Part shown: piece after piece, positions 45,410 to 52,955 of the stretch
How the letters are laid out: each line of letters starts with the position of its first letter
Numbering within the stretch: position 1 is the first letter of the stretch
From: a virus
Length of the DNA: 64,000 nt
Virus record (IMG/VR): IMGVR_UViG_3300048907_000336
Reading direction: 5' to 3' (one strand)
Translations under genes and position numbers: made by a program
The notes under the pieces: generated by a model
Seen by the model: the letters and a program-made list of their open reading frames with translations, nothing else
What the model was told of the DNA's origin: nothing
The model's database searches: none

Positions 45410-45724
45410 TCAGTTCTTTGTCCTAACATTGTTAATAGCAACAATGCGCGGGTCGCCAGCGATTTGCAGCCGTTCGGCATCGGTGGGATCACGCAGTTGC
45501 AACGCTTTGGTAAAGACCATGATGTGCCCGCAATAGAAACAAACGGTGGCATCGCCTGCCGTGGGGGCCGAAGCGTCGAACGGGTTGTGTGCGGCGCGCA
45601 CCATGCGGCGGCAGTTGGTGCAACGCGCGCCGGGAACGTCAACGGTAGTGCCGGGCCTCGTGGGCTTCTGGCTTCCCGGTTGCCGCATCACTGTCACATC
45701 CCACTTGAAGTAGCTCCTTCTCAT
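45410..45724 (-). CDS. Zn-finger protein
   Basis: CTNC...CFYC. Confidence 0.6.
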   Translation of the reverse strand: MRRSYFKWDVTVMRQPGSQKPTRPGTTVDVPGARCTNCRRMVRAAHNPFDASAPTAGDATVCFYCGHIMVFTKALQLRDPTDAERLQIAGDPRIVAINNVRTKN

Positions 45725-45805
45725 CCCGCCGTTGGAACTACATTGCTGGCACGGTCACCTGAGAGGTGGAAGCCGAACAGATGACCGTGACGGGACAGCC
45801 TGGAC

Positions 45806-46468
45806 CTACGCGAAGCGGCGGTTCCTACGCCGTTTGTGGAAACCCCACAATCCCAAACCGGCCGCGATCAGGCTGGGAAGCCCCGCACCTGCCACCGGCC
45901 CCGGCACCGCCAGGGGAGAGGCCACATCGACGCGGTAGTGTTCGAAGTCGGTGATGGTGCCGCCGACATCAAGGAGCGTGAACTTGTTGATGGTCTCACC
46001 GTTGATCGCAGTCAACGTGAAGCCATTCTGGCCAGGACCGAGTGGGCCAAAGAGGGAGAGCAGGTCGAAGGTGAACAGCTTGGTGGTGCCGTTGGCTTCG
46101 TTGGCCGTCACGCCCACGGTCACGTCACCGGTGCCGGTGATCGAGAACACATCGGTCTGCGTCGGCAGCACGGTCGTGCCAGCAGTGTTGAAGACCTGGA
46201 CCGACAGGTTGGTCAGACCGTCGGCCGTGATCTTGAGATCGTTGCCGCTTTGCGCGCCAACGAAGTTGGTGCAGCCACCCAGGCAGTTGAAGTCAACGAG
46301 GCCTGAATGCTGGCCGTTGAAAGTGCCGACGACTTGCGTGGACGACGAGGATTGAAACACCACGTTGTCGCCGGTGCCCGACAAACTGTCATTGATGATA
46401 ACGTCGGCTTTCGCCGGAAGTGCTGCCATCAGCAAAGCGGCTGACGCCAGGAGCAATGCGCGTTTCAT
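45806..46468 (-). CDS. secreted protein with a PEP-CTERM-like sorting signal (copy 2)
   Basis: Signal peptide ending AKA; VPGPVAGAGLPSLI + TM + HKRRRNRR; AGGAG RBS. Confidence 0.85.
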   Translation of the reverse strand: MKRALLLASAALLMAALPAKADVIINDSLSGTGDNVVFQSSSSTQVVGTFNGQHSGLVDFNCLGGCTNFVGAQSGNDLKITADGLTNLSVQVFNTAGTTVLPTQTDVFSITGTGDVTVGVTANEANGTTKLFTFDLLSLFGPLGPGQNGFTLTAINGETINKFTLLDVGGTITDFEHYRVDVASPLAVPGPVAGAGLPSLIAAGLGLWGFHKRRRNRRFA

Positions 46469-46694
46469 TATGTCGTTACTCCTATTTACGGACGGGATTG
46501 TCCGCGATGCTAGCTTCCTCCAGCGTGGTAGAAGCTATTCCGGGTTTTTAACACAAGTCTGGCAGGCGAGTTTCTTGTTGATTGTTTTGTTTTCGGCTTG
46601 TCCAAAAGATAGCGATTGGGGTATTGAGGAGACTTGTACTCTTTCAACACTCCTTCTTGCCCGGCGTCGGCTGTCACCCGCGCCGGGCCTTTTC

Positions 46695-46970
46695 TCACTC
46701 ATCCCCCTGCAGATTCTTGTAAATCGCCGCGTGGGGATAGGTCTTGCCCGCGCCGCAGACCACGCAGCAGCCATGGCCGAACGCGAAGCTGCCGTGGTAG
46801 CCTTCGCAGAAACCGTTGCCACAGTGCTTGCAGTAGCGTGCAGTCTCGACCCGGCGGCGGAAGGCATCTGCGCACAGACGGCAGGTCGCCCAATTGCCCG
46901 CTTCGATAACTTCCTGGGCGGTGAACTTCTTCGGCGCGGGAGGCTGAGCAAACGCGACTGGCATCGGCAT
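46695..46970 (-). CDS. Cys-rich Zn-finger protein
   Basis: CRLC, CKHC, CEGYH, CCVVC. Confidence 0.6.
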   Translation of the reverse strand: MPMPVAFAQPPAPKKFTAQEVIEAGNWATCRLCADAFRRRVETARYCKHCGNGFCEGYHGSFAFGHGCCVVCGAGKTYPHAAIYKNLQGDE

Positions 46971-47010
46971 ACGCGGTACTCCTTGGTTTTGTCAATCTGT
47001 CATATTCGCT

Positions 47011-48126
47011 TCAGGGCTGGGCATTGTCAACATGTTTGACAACGTAGTCGGTGATGTTGAAGCCGACGCCGGTGTCGCCCCGCACATGCTCGTGCACCAG
47101 GATGCGCCTGCCTCCGCATTCACTACAAGCCTGCTCCTGGGTCCACAGATGGACGCCGGTGGCGAGAAACGCCGGGCAGGTAGGTGAGACAGGGTTGCGC
47201 CAATCCCGCCGCCAGTGAGCCCGTACGGGACCGCCAGCGCGCTTCACCATCGAGCCTAAGGTTCGCGCCGCCAGCGCAGGCTGCGACTTGCGCGGCACGT
47301 TGATGGTGATGGTGTGGTAGTCGAGGTAGCTGCGAACGCGCCCCTTGCCCAGGAAACTGCCGGTGGTGAGCACCGGCGTGGTGCGCACCGGGATGTCATC
47401 GATGCAGGCGAGGAAGGCCCAAGCTCGGCGCATCACGCCAACCCACTCCTTGATTAGGTTGATGATGGTTTCCTTGTTCTCCTCGCGAAACACCTGTGTC
47501 GGCACCCACGGTGAATTGGTGATGCTGATGTGACTGTCGTCGTAGTTATAGATCCCGGTGGCAGAGGCACCGCTGTTGCTGACCAGCGAACGCCACGGCG
47601 GCACTTCGTCGTTAATGGTCCAGCAGTACATCACCGGGAAAGTCCAGATTTGAAACCCACGTGCATCTGGCTCCGGGCTGTGAGTGAACACGCTCATACA
47701 CAGAGCATTGCCGCGCTGCTCGATCAGCCAGCCTTCGGTCTTTGGCATCTGCTCCGGCGGTGTGTAGCGGCCCAGCAATTCATTGCTGCGGCTCATGGCG
47801 CGGCGCAGATCGTATTCGATCCAGGTGATCTCGTGCGGCGCACATGCGCTGACCCGCAGCGCCTCCAGCCGCTTGAGCCGCAGTTGCTGCTGTGCAGCCG
47901 TAGCCGGGGCAGGCAGCAGCGGCTGCTGCTCTGGCACCATGTTCTTGAACACGAAAGCGCGGGTCGCCAACTCGCCGAGAAATTCCGACATCGATTCGTC
48001 GAGGATAAAACGTTTCGCTTTCATGAATTTTTGTCGGAGCGTGAGATTGTCGATCCAAGCGGTTTTGGTGTCGTTGCGAAACGTCTCGCGGTACAGCATG
48101 CCGATCAGGTTGGGTGCCTGCGTCAT
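47011..48126 (-). CDS. conserved hypothetical phage protein
   Basis: 371 aa; VRAHWRR, CSEC and HEHVRG motifs. Confidence 0.65.
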   Translation of the reverse strand: MTQAPNLIGMLYRETFRNDTKTAWIDNLTLRQKFMKAKRFILDESMSEFLGELATRAFVFKNMVPEQQPLLPAPATAAQQQLRLKRLEALRVSACAPHEITWIEYDLRRAMSRSNELLGRYTPPEQMPKTEGWLIEQRGNALCMSVFTHSPEPDARGFQIWTFPVMYCWTINDEVPPWRSLVSNSGASATGIYNYDDSHISITNSPWVPTQVFREENKETIINLIKEWVGVMRRAWAFLACIDDIPVRTTPVLTTGSFLGKGRVRSYLDYHTITINVPRKSQPALAARTLGSMVKRAGGPVRAHWRRDWRNPVSPTCPAFLATGVHLWTQEQACSECGGRRILVHEHVRGDTGVGFNITDYVVKHVDNAQP

Positions 48127-48917
48127 GACAGCCTCGTCTGCTGGTGCTGGCCGATGTAGCCGATCACGACCTGCTTCTTGACTTCGTCAAAGAAGAACGC
48201 AATGCGAATAGTGTGACGGGCGTCACGGTTGCCGCCGTAGGCTAGATGCTCACGCAGCAGCACGGTCTCGCCGCGATATTTCACTTCGTAGTCAGATTTA
48301 TAAAACCCCATTGTTACTTCTGACTGATGCGGCGCATAGGAGAAACCGCAATGGCCACGGCAACTGGCGTCGAGATCGGCGCAGCGTTCGGTGCCCAGCT
48401 TGGCATCGCGGTAGGTGCTGGCCAGCCAGAGCATTGCCAGATACAGCTCCTCGCCGTGCTCGAACCGTTTGGCCTCCTTGGTCACCCGGTTGTCGAGGAT
48501 GGTGATCGCCCCGTGGAAATCCAGCCGTGCGCTCAGCAAAGCTTCGTCGGCGGTCATCTTGTAGTCAGGCATGGTTGTTAACTCGACGCCTTTGTGGATG
48601 GCATCGACATAGACGCCGAGATAGGCACGTCGCCAACGTTGGGCCTCCTTCTCGACCGCCTCCGATTGTTTCTTCAAATCGGTTGGCATGTGTTCCCACA
48701 CGTACTTCTGGGCATCTTCATAAGCCGCCTTGTAGATTTCATCGAAACGCTGATCGACAAAGGCGTTGGCACGGGCCTTCATGCGTTCCCATTCCTTCTG
48801 GGCCGAAGCGTCGAACATCTCCATGCCGGTGGAGATCGCCAGCTCGCGGGCGGCTGGCGGCAGGCTGTCGATCTTGCGGTCGATGGACTTCTGACGTCGG
48901 CGTGCAAAGCGGTTCAT
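48123..48917 (-). CDS. protein with a possible RelE-like C-terminal fold
   Basis: YAPHQSE...EHLAYGG..RIAFFFDEVKKQVVIGYIGQH. Confidence 0.55.
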   Translation of the reverse strand: MNRFARRRQKSIDRKIDSLPPAARELAISTGMEMFDASAQKEWERMKARANAFVDQRFDEIYKAAYEDAQKYVWEHMPTDLKKQSEAVEKEAQRWRRAYLGVYVDAIHKGVELTTMPDYKMTADEALLSARLDFHGAITILDNRVTKEAKRFEHGEELYLAMLWLASTYRDAKLGTERCADLDASCRGHCGFSYAPHQSEVTMGFYKSDYEVKYRGETVLLREHLAYGGNRDARHTIRIAFFFDEVKKQVVIGYIGQHQQTRLS

Positions 48918-49201
48918 CGTCGTGGCTCCTGTTCAAGAAGGTGTTGGATGATCGCCTCGATCTCGTTGGTGACCTGGGTAATCTTGCGCAGCCGCTTGGT
49001 ATGGTCGGCCGCAGCGCAACTGTAAGCGCCGTGGCCTTGGGTGTAATAATCGCGACCGTGCGGGGCGGCGAGGCACATGGTTTCGTAGGCTTCGCGCAGC
49101 CGCCGGTGCGCGCAGGTGTACTGCGACAGCAGTTCATCCCGGCTGGTACCGTTGAGGTGCACAGTCGGCATCGCGTAGTCGTGTTTGATTCGTCGGCTCA
49201 T
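48914..49201 (-). CDS. hypothetical phage protein
   Basis: PTVHLNGTS...PHGRDYYTQG. Confidence 0.6.
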   Translation of the reverse strand: MSRRIKHDYAMPTVHLNGTSRDELLSQYTCAHRRLREAYETMCLAAPHGRDYYTQGHGAYSCAAADHTKRLRKITQVTNEIEAIIQHLLEQEPRR

Positions 49202-49428
49202 AGCTCTAACTTCCTGCGCCAGTATTCGAAATCGGGATGGGCTTCCCACTCGGCAATGGTGACCACCACCGGCTCTTCCCCGCACGAGGGGGTTTTGCTC
49301 TTCCAGCTATTGCAGTGTTTCCAGCCGCCCTGCCAATTCTTGGCAGGGACACCGCAACGAACGCAGATCAAGTTCGTGGTTCGTCGTAACAAATCAACCA
49401 TGTCAATCGACCCTCGCGTTTTGTTCAC
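49198..49428 (-). CDS. small Zn-finger-like protein
   Basis: CVRC...HC..C; ATGA coupling. Confidence 0.45.
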   Translation of the reverse strand: MNKTRGSIDMVDLLRRTTNLICVRCGVPAKNWQGGWKHCNSWKSKTPSCGEEPVVVTIAEWEAHPDFEYWRRKLEL

Positions 49429-49625
49429 GAGCCCGGTCGGCGTTGCAGTACGGGCAGCCGCCCGGTTGGCATTCGGTGCGGGACAGGCGTTGCAGCAACG
49501 TTTTCAGCGTTGTCCTTTCACTACCATGGGGGGCGTAGCGAGCCTGATACAGTTGCAACGCCGTGCTAAGCACTGTGCGTTCAGCATAAGTTTTGAGACG
49601 AAACTCGTTTAGTTTAAGTCCCACC

Positions 49626-49850
49626 TCAACCTCCTATCTTTAGCCAGCGGCCGTCGGGTTGCTGCTTGTAATGTTGCCCTGCGCCGGTGCCGAGAACGCC
49701 GATGCCGTAGATGCGCCAACTAACCATCGACATGGTGGCCCAAGCGGTGTGGCCATGCAGCTTGCCGTCCACGAACTCATCGAAGATCGGCACGCCGAAG
49801 TCGTCGTGGGTGGGGACATCCCCCATCCAGTAGCGCGGTTTGTCGGTCAT
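49626..49850 (-). CDS. hypothetical phage protein
   Basis: FVDGK..AWATM..LGTGAGQHY..DGRWLK. Confidence 0.6.
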   Translation of the reverse strand: MTDKPRYWMGDVPTHDDFGVPIFDEFVDGKLHGHTAWATMSMVSWRIYGIGVLGTGAGQHYKQQPDGRWLKIGG

Positions 49851-50044
49851 GTGGTGCTCTCGGTTATTGACCTAACGAACAGCTTGGCAGCAGCCAAGGA
49901 TGGCGCTTCATGCAACACGTCGCTGCCATCCAGACGTGGCATCTCGACCCGCCAGATATCTCTGACGCGCTTGATTGACCCAACAAGGATGTTGCTGTCA
50001 CGAATGATCAGCACAGTGTCCTCGTCAACCAACTGAAAGTCCAT
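49847..50044 (-). CDS. hypothetical protein
   Basis: GAGGG RBS; ATGA coupling. Confidence 0.45.
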   Translation of the reverse strand: MDFQLVDEDTVLIIRDSNILVGSIKRVRDIWRVEMPRLDGSDVLHEAPSLAAAKLFVRSITESTT

Positions 50045-50057
50045 GTTCAAATTTCCC

Positions 50058-50270
50058 TCATGGCTTGATTGGATGGTTATCGGGTCCACAACGTCGCTTG
50101 TATGGATCGTATTGCTCGCTTAATGCTTTGGATTCACAGATCCACTTGCTGGTTGATAAGTACTCGGCGCTGTCGCGCGCGACCTCGTACTCGTGATAGC
50201 CGTATTCCGCGCCACGCAGCACGCCGGTCGCCAGCACAATGCCGGTGGCGATTTGAAGGATCAGTTTCAT
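50058..50270 (-). CDS. small protein with a hydrophobic N-terminus
   Basis: MKLILQIATGIVLATGVL. Confidence 0.45.
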   Translation of the reverse strand: MKLILQIATGIVLATGVLRGAEYGYHEYEVARDSAEYLSTSKWICESKALSEQYDPYKRRCGPDNHPIKP

Positions 50271-50578
50271 GCCGCCACCAACACTTTGCCGTTGCGAGCA
50301 GTGGAACGGAAACTGCGCACGACGTTCGTGGAGGTGTGCGCGGTGCGGTACTGGACCGAAGTGTGCTCCTCGACCAACTCCTCGATCTTGGCCTTGAAAG
50401 CCTTGTCGCGAGTGTCGCGTTCAGCATCGGAGATGGTAAGCCGGAACAGCTCGCCCTCGTAGGCACCCGGGCCTAGTTCGTTGAGCATGGCCTTCATGGC
50501 CTTCTCCTGGGTCTCCAGTTCGGCGATCTGAGCTTTCAGCACGCCGAAATCGTCGATTAGTTTCTTCAGGTTGTTCAT
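50267..50578 (-). CDS. hypothetical phage protein
   Basis: AAGGA RBS; LIDDFGVLKAQIAEL...YEGELFR. Confidence 0.6.
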   Translation of the reverse strand: MNNLKKLIDDFGVLKAQIAELETQEKAMKAMLNELGPGAYEGELFRLTISDAERDTRDKAFKAKIEELVEEHTSVQYRTAHTSTNVVRSFRSTARNGKVLVAA

Positions 50579-50594
50579 GGTCTAGGTTCCTTGG

Positions 50595-50888
50595 TTACGC
50601 CGCAAAGCGCGGCACGAAGCAGTCGTTCAACTTGCAGGCAAAAAAGTCCAAGTGTCGGCGGATGCCGCCGATGTCGTGGGCAAAGTTGCTGTCGTCGGCT
50701 TCGAGCAGTTGCTGCAACCGCAACGGCCGCACCTTGCGATGCACGCAATCCACCTCCAGGGCGATTGTTGTGGCAAACTCATGAACTTCATCGGGTTCGA
50801 CCTTGGTGTGCTTGGCATACAAAGCCGCAGCGCGCTCGGCGATGGCAGCGATCAGTTCGATGTCGGTGAAGGGTTTAGTGTTGGTCAT
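50595..50888 (-). CDS. DUF6874-like phage protein
   Basis: LRLQQLLEADDSNFAHDIGGIRRHL...CFVPRFA. Confidence 0.6.
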   Translation of the reverse strand: MTNTKPFTDIELIAAIAERAAALYAKHTKVEPDEVHEFATTIALEVDCVHRKVRPLRLQQLLEADDSNFAHDIGGIRRHLDFFACKLNDCFVPRFAA

Positions 50889-50945
50889 GGGTTTGGTTCC
50901 TTTCCAGAACACGTACATAAGACACGGTGTCGAATAACGCAAGAA

Positions 50946-51206
50946 CTATTTTTTCCCGACGCTGAGAATCTCGCCTTTGTTATTGGTAACAATCGGGCGT
51001 GGCAGCGCCTGCAGATAGCCGGTGATGAAAGCGGCGCGAGCGTCGGCACCGGCGATGTCGATGCGCTCCAGCTCGCCATAGGCCCCCAGGAATAGATCGC
51101 CGGGCTGATAGGCAGAGGCGACAGCCTCACCCCGGAAGAACGCATCCTGGATGTACTCAAAGTCGGTAAGCTGATTCAGCTTTTTGTAGCCACCCTGCTC
51201 GGTCAT
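50946..51206 (-). CDS. hypothetical protein
   Basis: AGGAGG RBS before MTEQGG. Confidence 0.55.
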   Translation of the reverse strand: MTEQGGYKKLNQLTDFEYIQDAFFRGEAVASAYQPGDLFLGAYGELERIDIAGADARAAFITGYLQALPRPIVTNNKGEILSVGKK

Positions 51207-51225
51207 GTGAACCTCCTGGTGGGGC

Positions 51226-51738
51226 TTAGAGCCCCACCTTGCCAATGCATTCTGGTCCAAATCCAGAGGCGATGCTGGTGGGATGTGTCAACATCCTGCC
51301 GCAGCGGCCGCAGGCACCGGCGTGCCAGATCTCCAGGTCGCGGTGACCGAAGCCGAACTGCAGCTTCTCCCAGGTCCAGGCGAATGCCTTCACGCTGGGC
51401 GAATCGAGCGCGATCTTCGGCGCGCGGGTGAACACCAGCTTGGGCTGGGCGTGATCGGTGAAGATCAGCGCGAAGTTTTTGTACAGCCGCCAATCGGTGT
51501 TGTCGGGGCCGGTCAGCACCGACACGAAGTGCATGTGCTCCTTGCCCTTCTCCGCGCAGCGATCCACCTTGAAGGTGAAGTGAGTGCCGGTGCGCAGCGA
51601 CTTGATGGTAAAGATGGCCTTGCCCGCGATCATGAACTTGAGCGCGTTCTCGGTGGGTAATTTATGGCCCTTGTCGGTGGCGATCTCCGGCTCGTCGAGC
51701 GCGGCGTCGTTGTCGAACAGTCGGTCGAGTTCAGGCAT
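51226..51738 (-). CDS. DUF6011-like protein
   Basis: VSVLTGPDN; CGRCGRMLTHPTSIASGFGPEC. Confidence 0.7.
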   Translation of the reverse strand: MPELDRLFDNDAALDEPEIATDKGHKLPTENALKFMIAGKAIFTIKSLRTGTHFTFKVDRCAEKGKEHMHFVSVLTGPDNTDWRLYKNFALIFTDHAQPKLVFTRAPKIALDSPSVKAFAWTWEKLQFGFGHRDLEIWHAGACGRCGRMLTHPTSIASGFGPECIGKVGL

Positions 51739-51773
51739 GACACTTGGTCCTTTCGTTGGCGTCGAAAGGATAA

Positions 51774-51799
51774 ATAGACATATAGTCTATTATTGTCAA
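51774..51799 (-). promoter_or_regulatory. promoter/operator: TTGACA plus ATAGAC-N5-GTCTAT palindrome
   Basis: AT-rich intergenic region; same composite motif as 42750-42772. Confidence 0.65.
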
Positions 51800-51839
51800 C
51801 AACTATTTTGAAGAATTTTAGATCAACGAATCCAGCAGG

Positions 51840-52289
51840 TTACGACAGCAGCAGATGCTGGACTTGGCTCCAATCCCAGCGGCTGGGGCCGCCAGCCCAA
51901 TGGTTGAGGCAGGTCACCTGATCGAGGCGCTCGGCGGTCAACCGCTTGACGATGCAGCCTGCGAACAGCCACAGCTCGTCCTTGGCCCGGCGCACCGCGA
52001 TGAAGACCCGGCCCCCGGCGGCGGTGTGCTGCTCGATCCAGCCGACCTGGGCCGGGCGCAGCTCGACCCGCCAGTGCTCACACTGCTTGCACTCCACCCA
52101 GCCCTCGACGCCGTCGAGACAATAGTTGCTATCGGGCACGCCCATGGTGGCAGCACCGGTCTCGATGGTGGTCCAGTGGAATCGCGGCAGATGCTTGCGC
52201 AGCAGCGGGCGCAGCCCAGCGTCAGGAGAAGGGTGTCTCTTCCTGAACTTGAACTCCTCGTCCAGCTTCACGGCGCTCGACCTCGTCAT
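51840..52289 (-). CDS. PD-(D/E)XK nuclease (VRR-NUC/resolvase-like)
   Basis: GVPD...GWVECK...LRPAQVGW...GGRVFIAV. Confidence 0.8.
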   Translation of the reverse strand: MTRSSAVKLDEEFKFRKRHPSPDAGLRPLLRKHLPRFHWTTIETGAATMGVPDSNYCLDGVEGWVECKQCEHWRVELRPAQVGWIEQHTAAGGRVFIAVRRAKDELWLFAGCIVKRLTAERLDQVTCLNHWAGGPSRWDWSQVQHLLLS

Positions 52290-52419
52290 TGATAATCTGA
52301 TTGGCTACCATCTCCAACACGTCGGCGACCGCACGATACCGGCTTTCTCCCATATCGCTAGCGTTCATGCGCAGCGCCACCTTGCGAATCGATTCGGCGA
52401 TATTCTCAGCTTCGGTCAC
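52222..52419 (-). CDS. hypothetical protein
   Basis: GGAGG RBS; ATGA coupling. Confidence 0.4.
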   Translation of the reverse strand: MTEAENIAESIRKVALRMNASDMGESRYRAVADVLEMVANQIINDEVERREAGRGVQVQEETPFS

Positions 52420-52952
52420 AGTTTCAATGTCCTCCAGTAGTGCATGCGATTCATTTGTTGCAGCGCCACGGCATCGCAGTGCGGCAGCATCGGTCGCGGC
52501 GGCATCGGCCCGCGCACCGGCCGCATCGCCGGTGTAGGCGTGCGCTCGACGACAGGCAGAGGTGATTGCACTGATGGCAATGATGGCACTGCCAGGGTCT
52601 CAGGCACCGGCTTGGGCTTCCGCTGACGCGGCGTTCTTACTTTCTTCCATTCAGGAACATAAAACCTGGGATTCTCAGGATAGTATTTCTCGACATCGAA
52701 CGGCGCGATGCCTGCCAGCTTTCTCCGGCGACGAGGATGATGCAACCTGCGAATCGCTTTGCCTTCGATCTGGCGGATGCGCTCGCGGCCAACACCATAC
52801 ATCTTGCCAATCTCATCAAATGAATGTGCTGGACAGGTCAGCCCGTAATGCAGCGCCAATACCCGATGCTCGCGCGCCGGAAGCATGCGGCACAGCCAGA
52901 TGCTTAGTTTCTCTCGCCGTTCTTTTTCTTGATAGGCAAGCTCCGGGTCCAC
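52416..52952 (-). CDS. stand-alone sigma70 region 4 protein
   Basis: LPAREHRVLALHYGL..SFDEIGKMYGVGRERIRQIEGKAIRRLHHP. Confidence 0.8.
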   Translation of the reverse strand: MDPELAYQEKERREKLSIWLCRMLPAREHRVLALHYGLTCPAHSFDEIGKMYGVGRERIRQIEGKAIRRLHHPRRRRKLAGIAPFDVEKYYPENPRFYVPEWKKVRTPRQRKPKPVPETLAVPSLPSVQSPLPVVERTPTPAMRPVRGPMPPRPMLPHCDAVALQQMNRMHYWRTLKL

Positions 52953-52955
52953 CGC

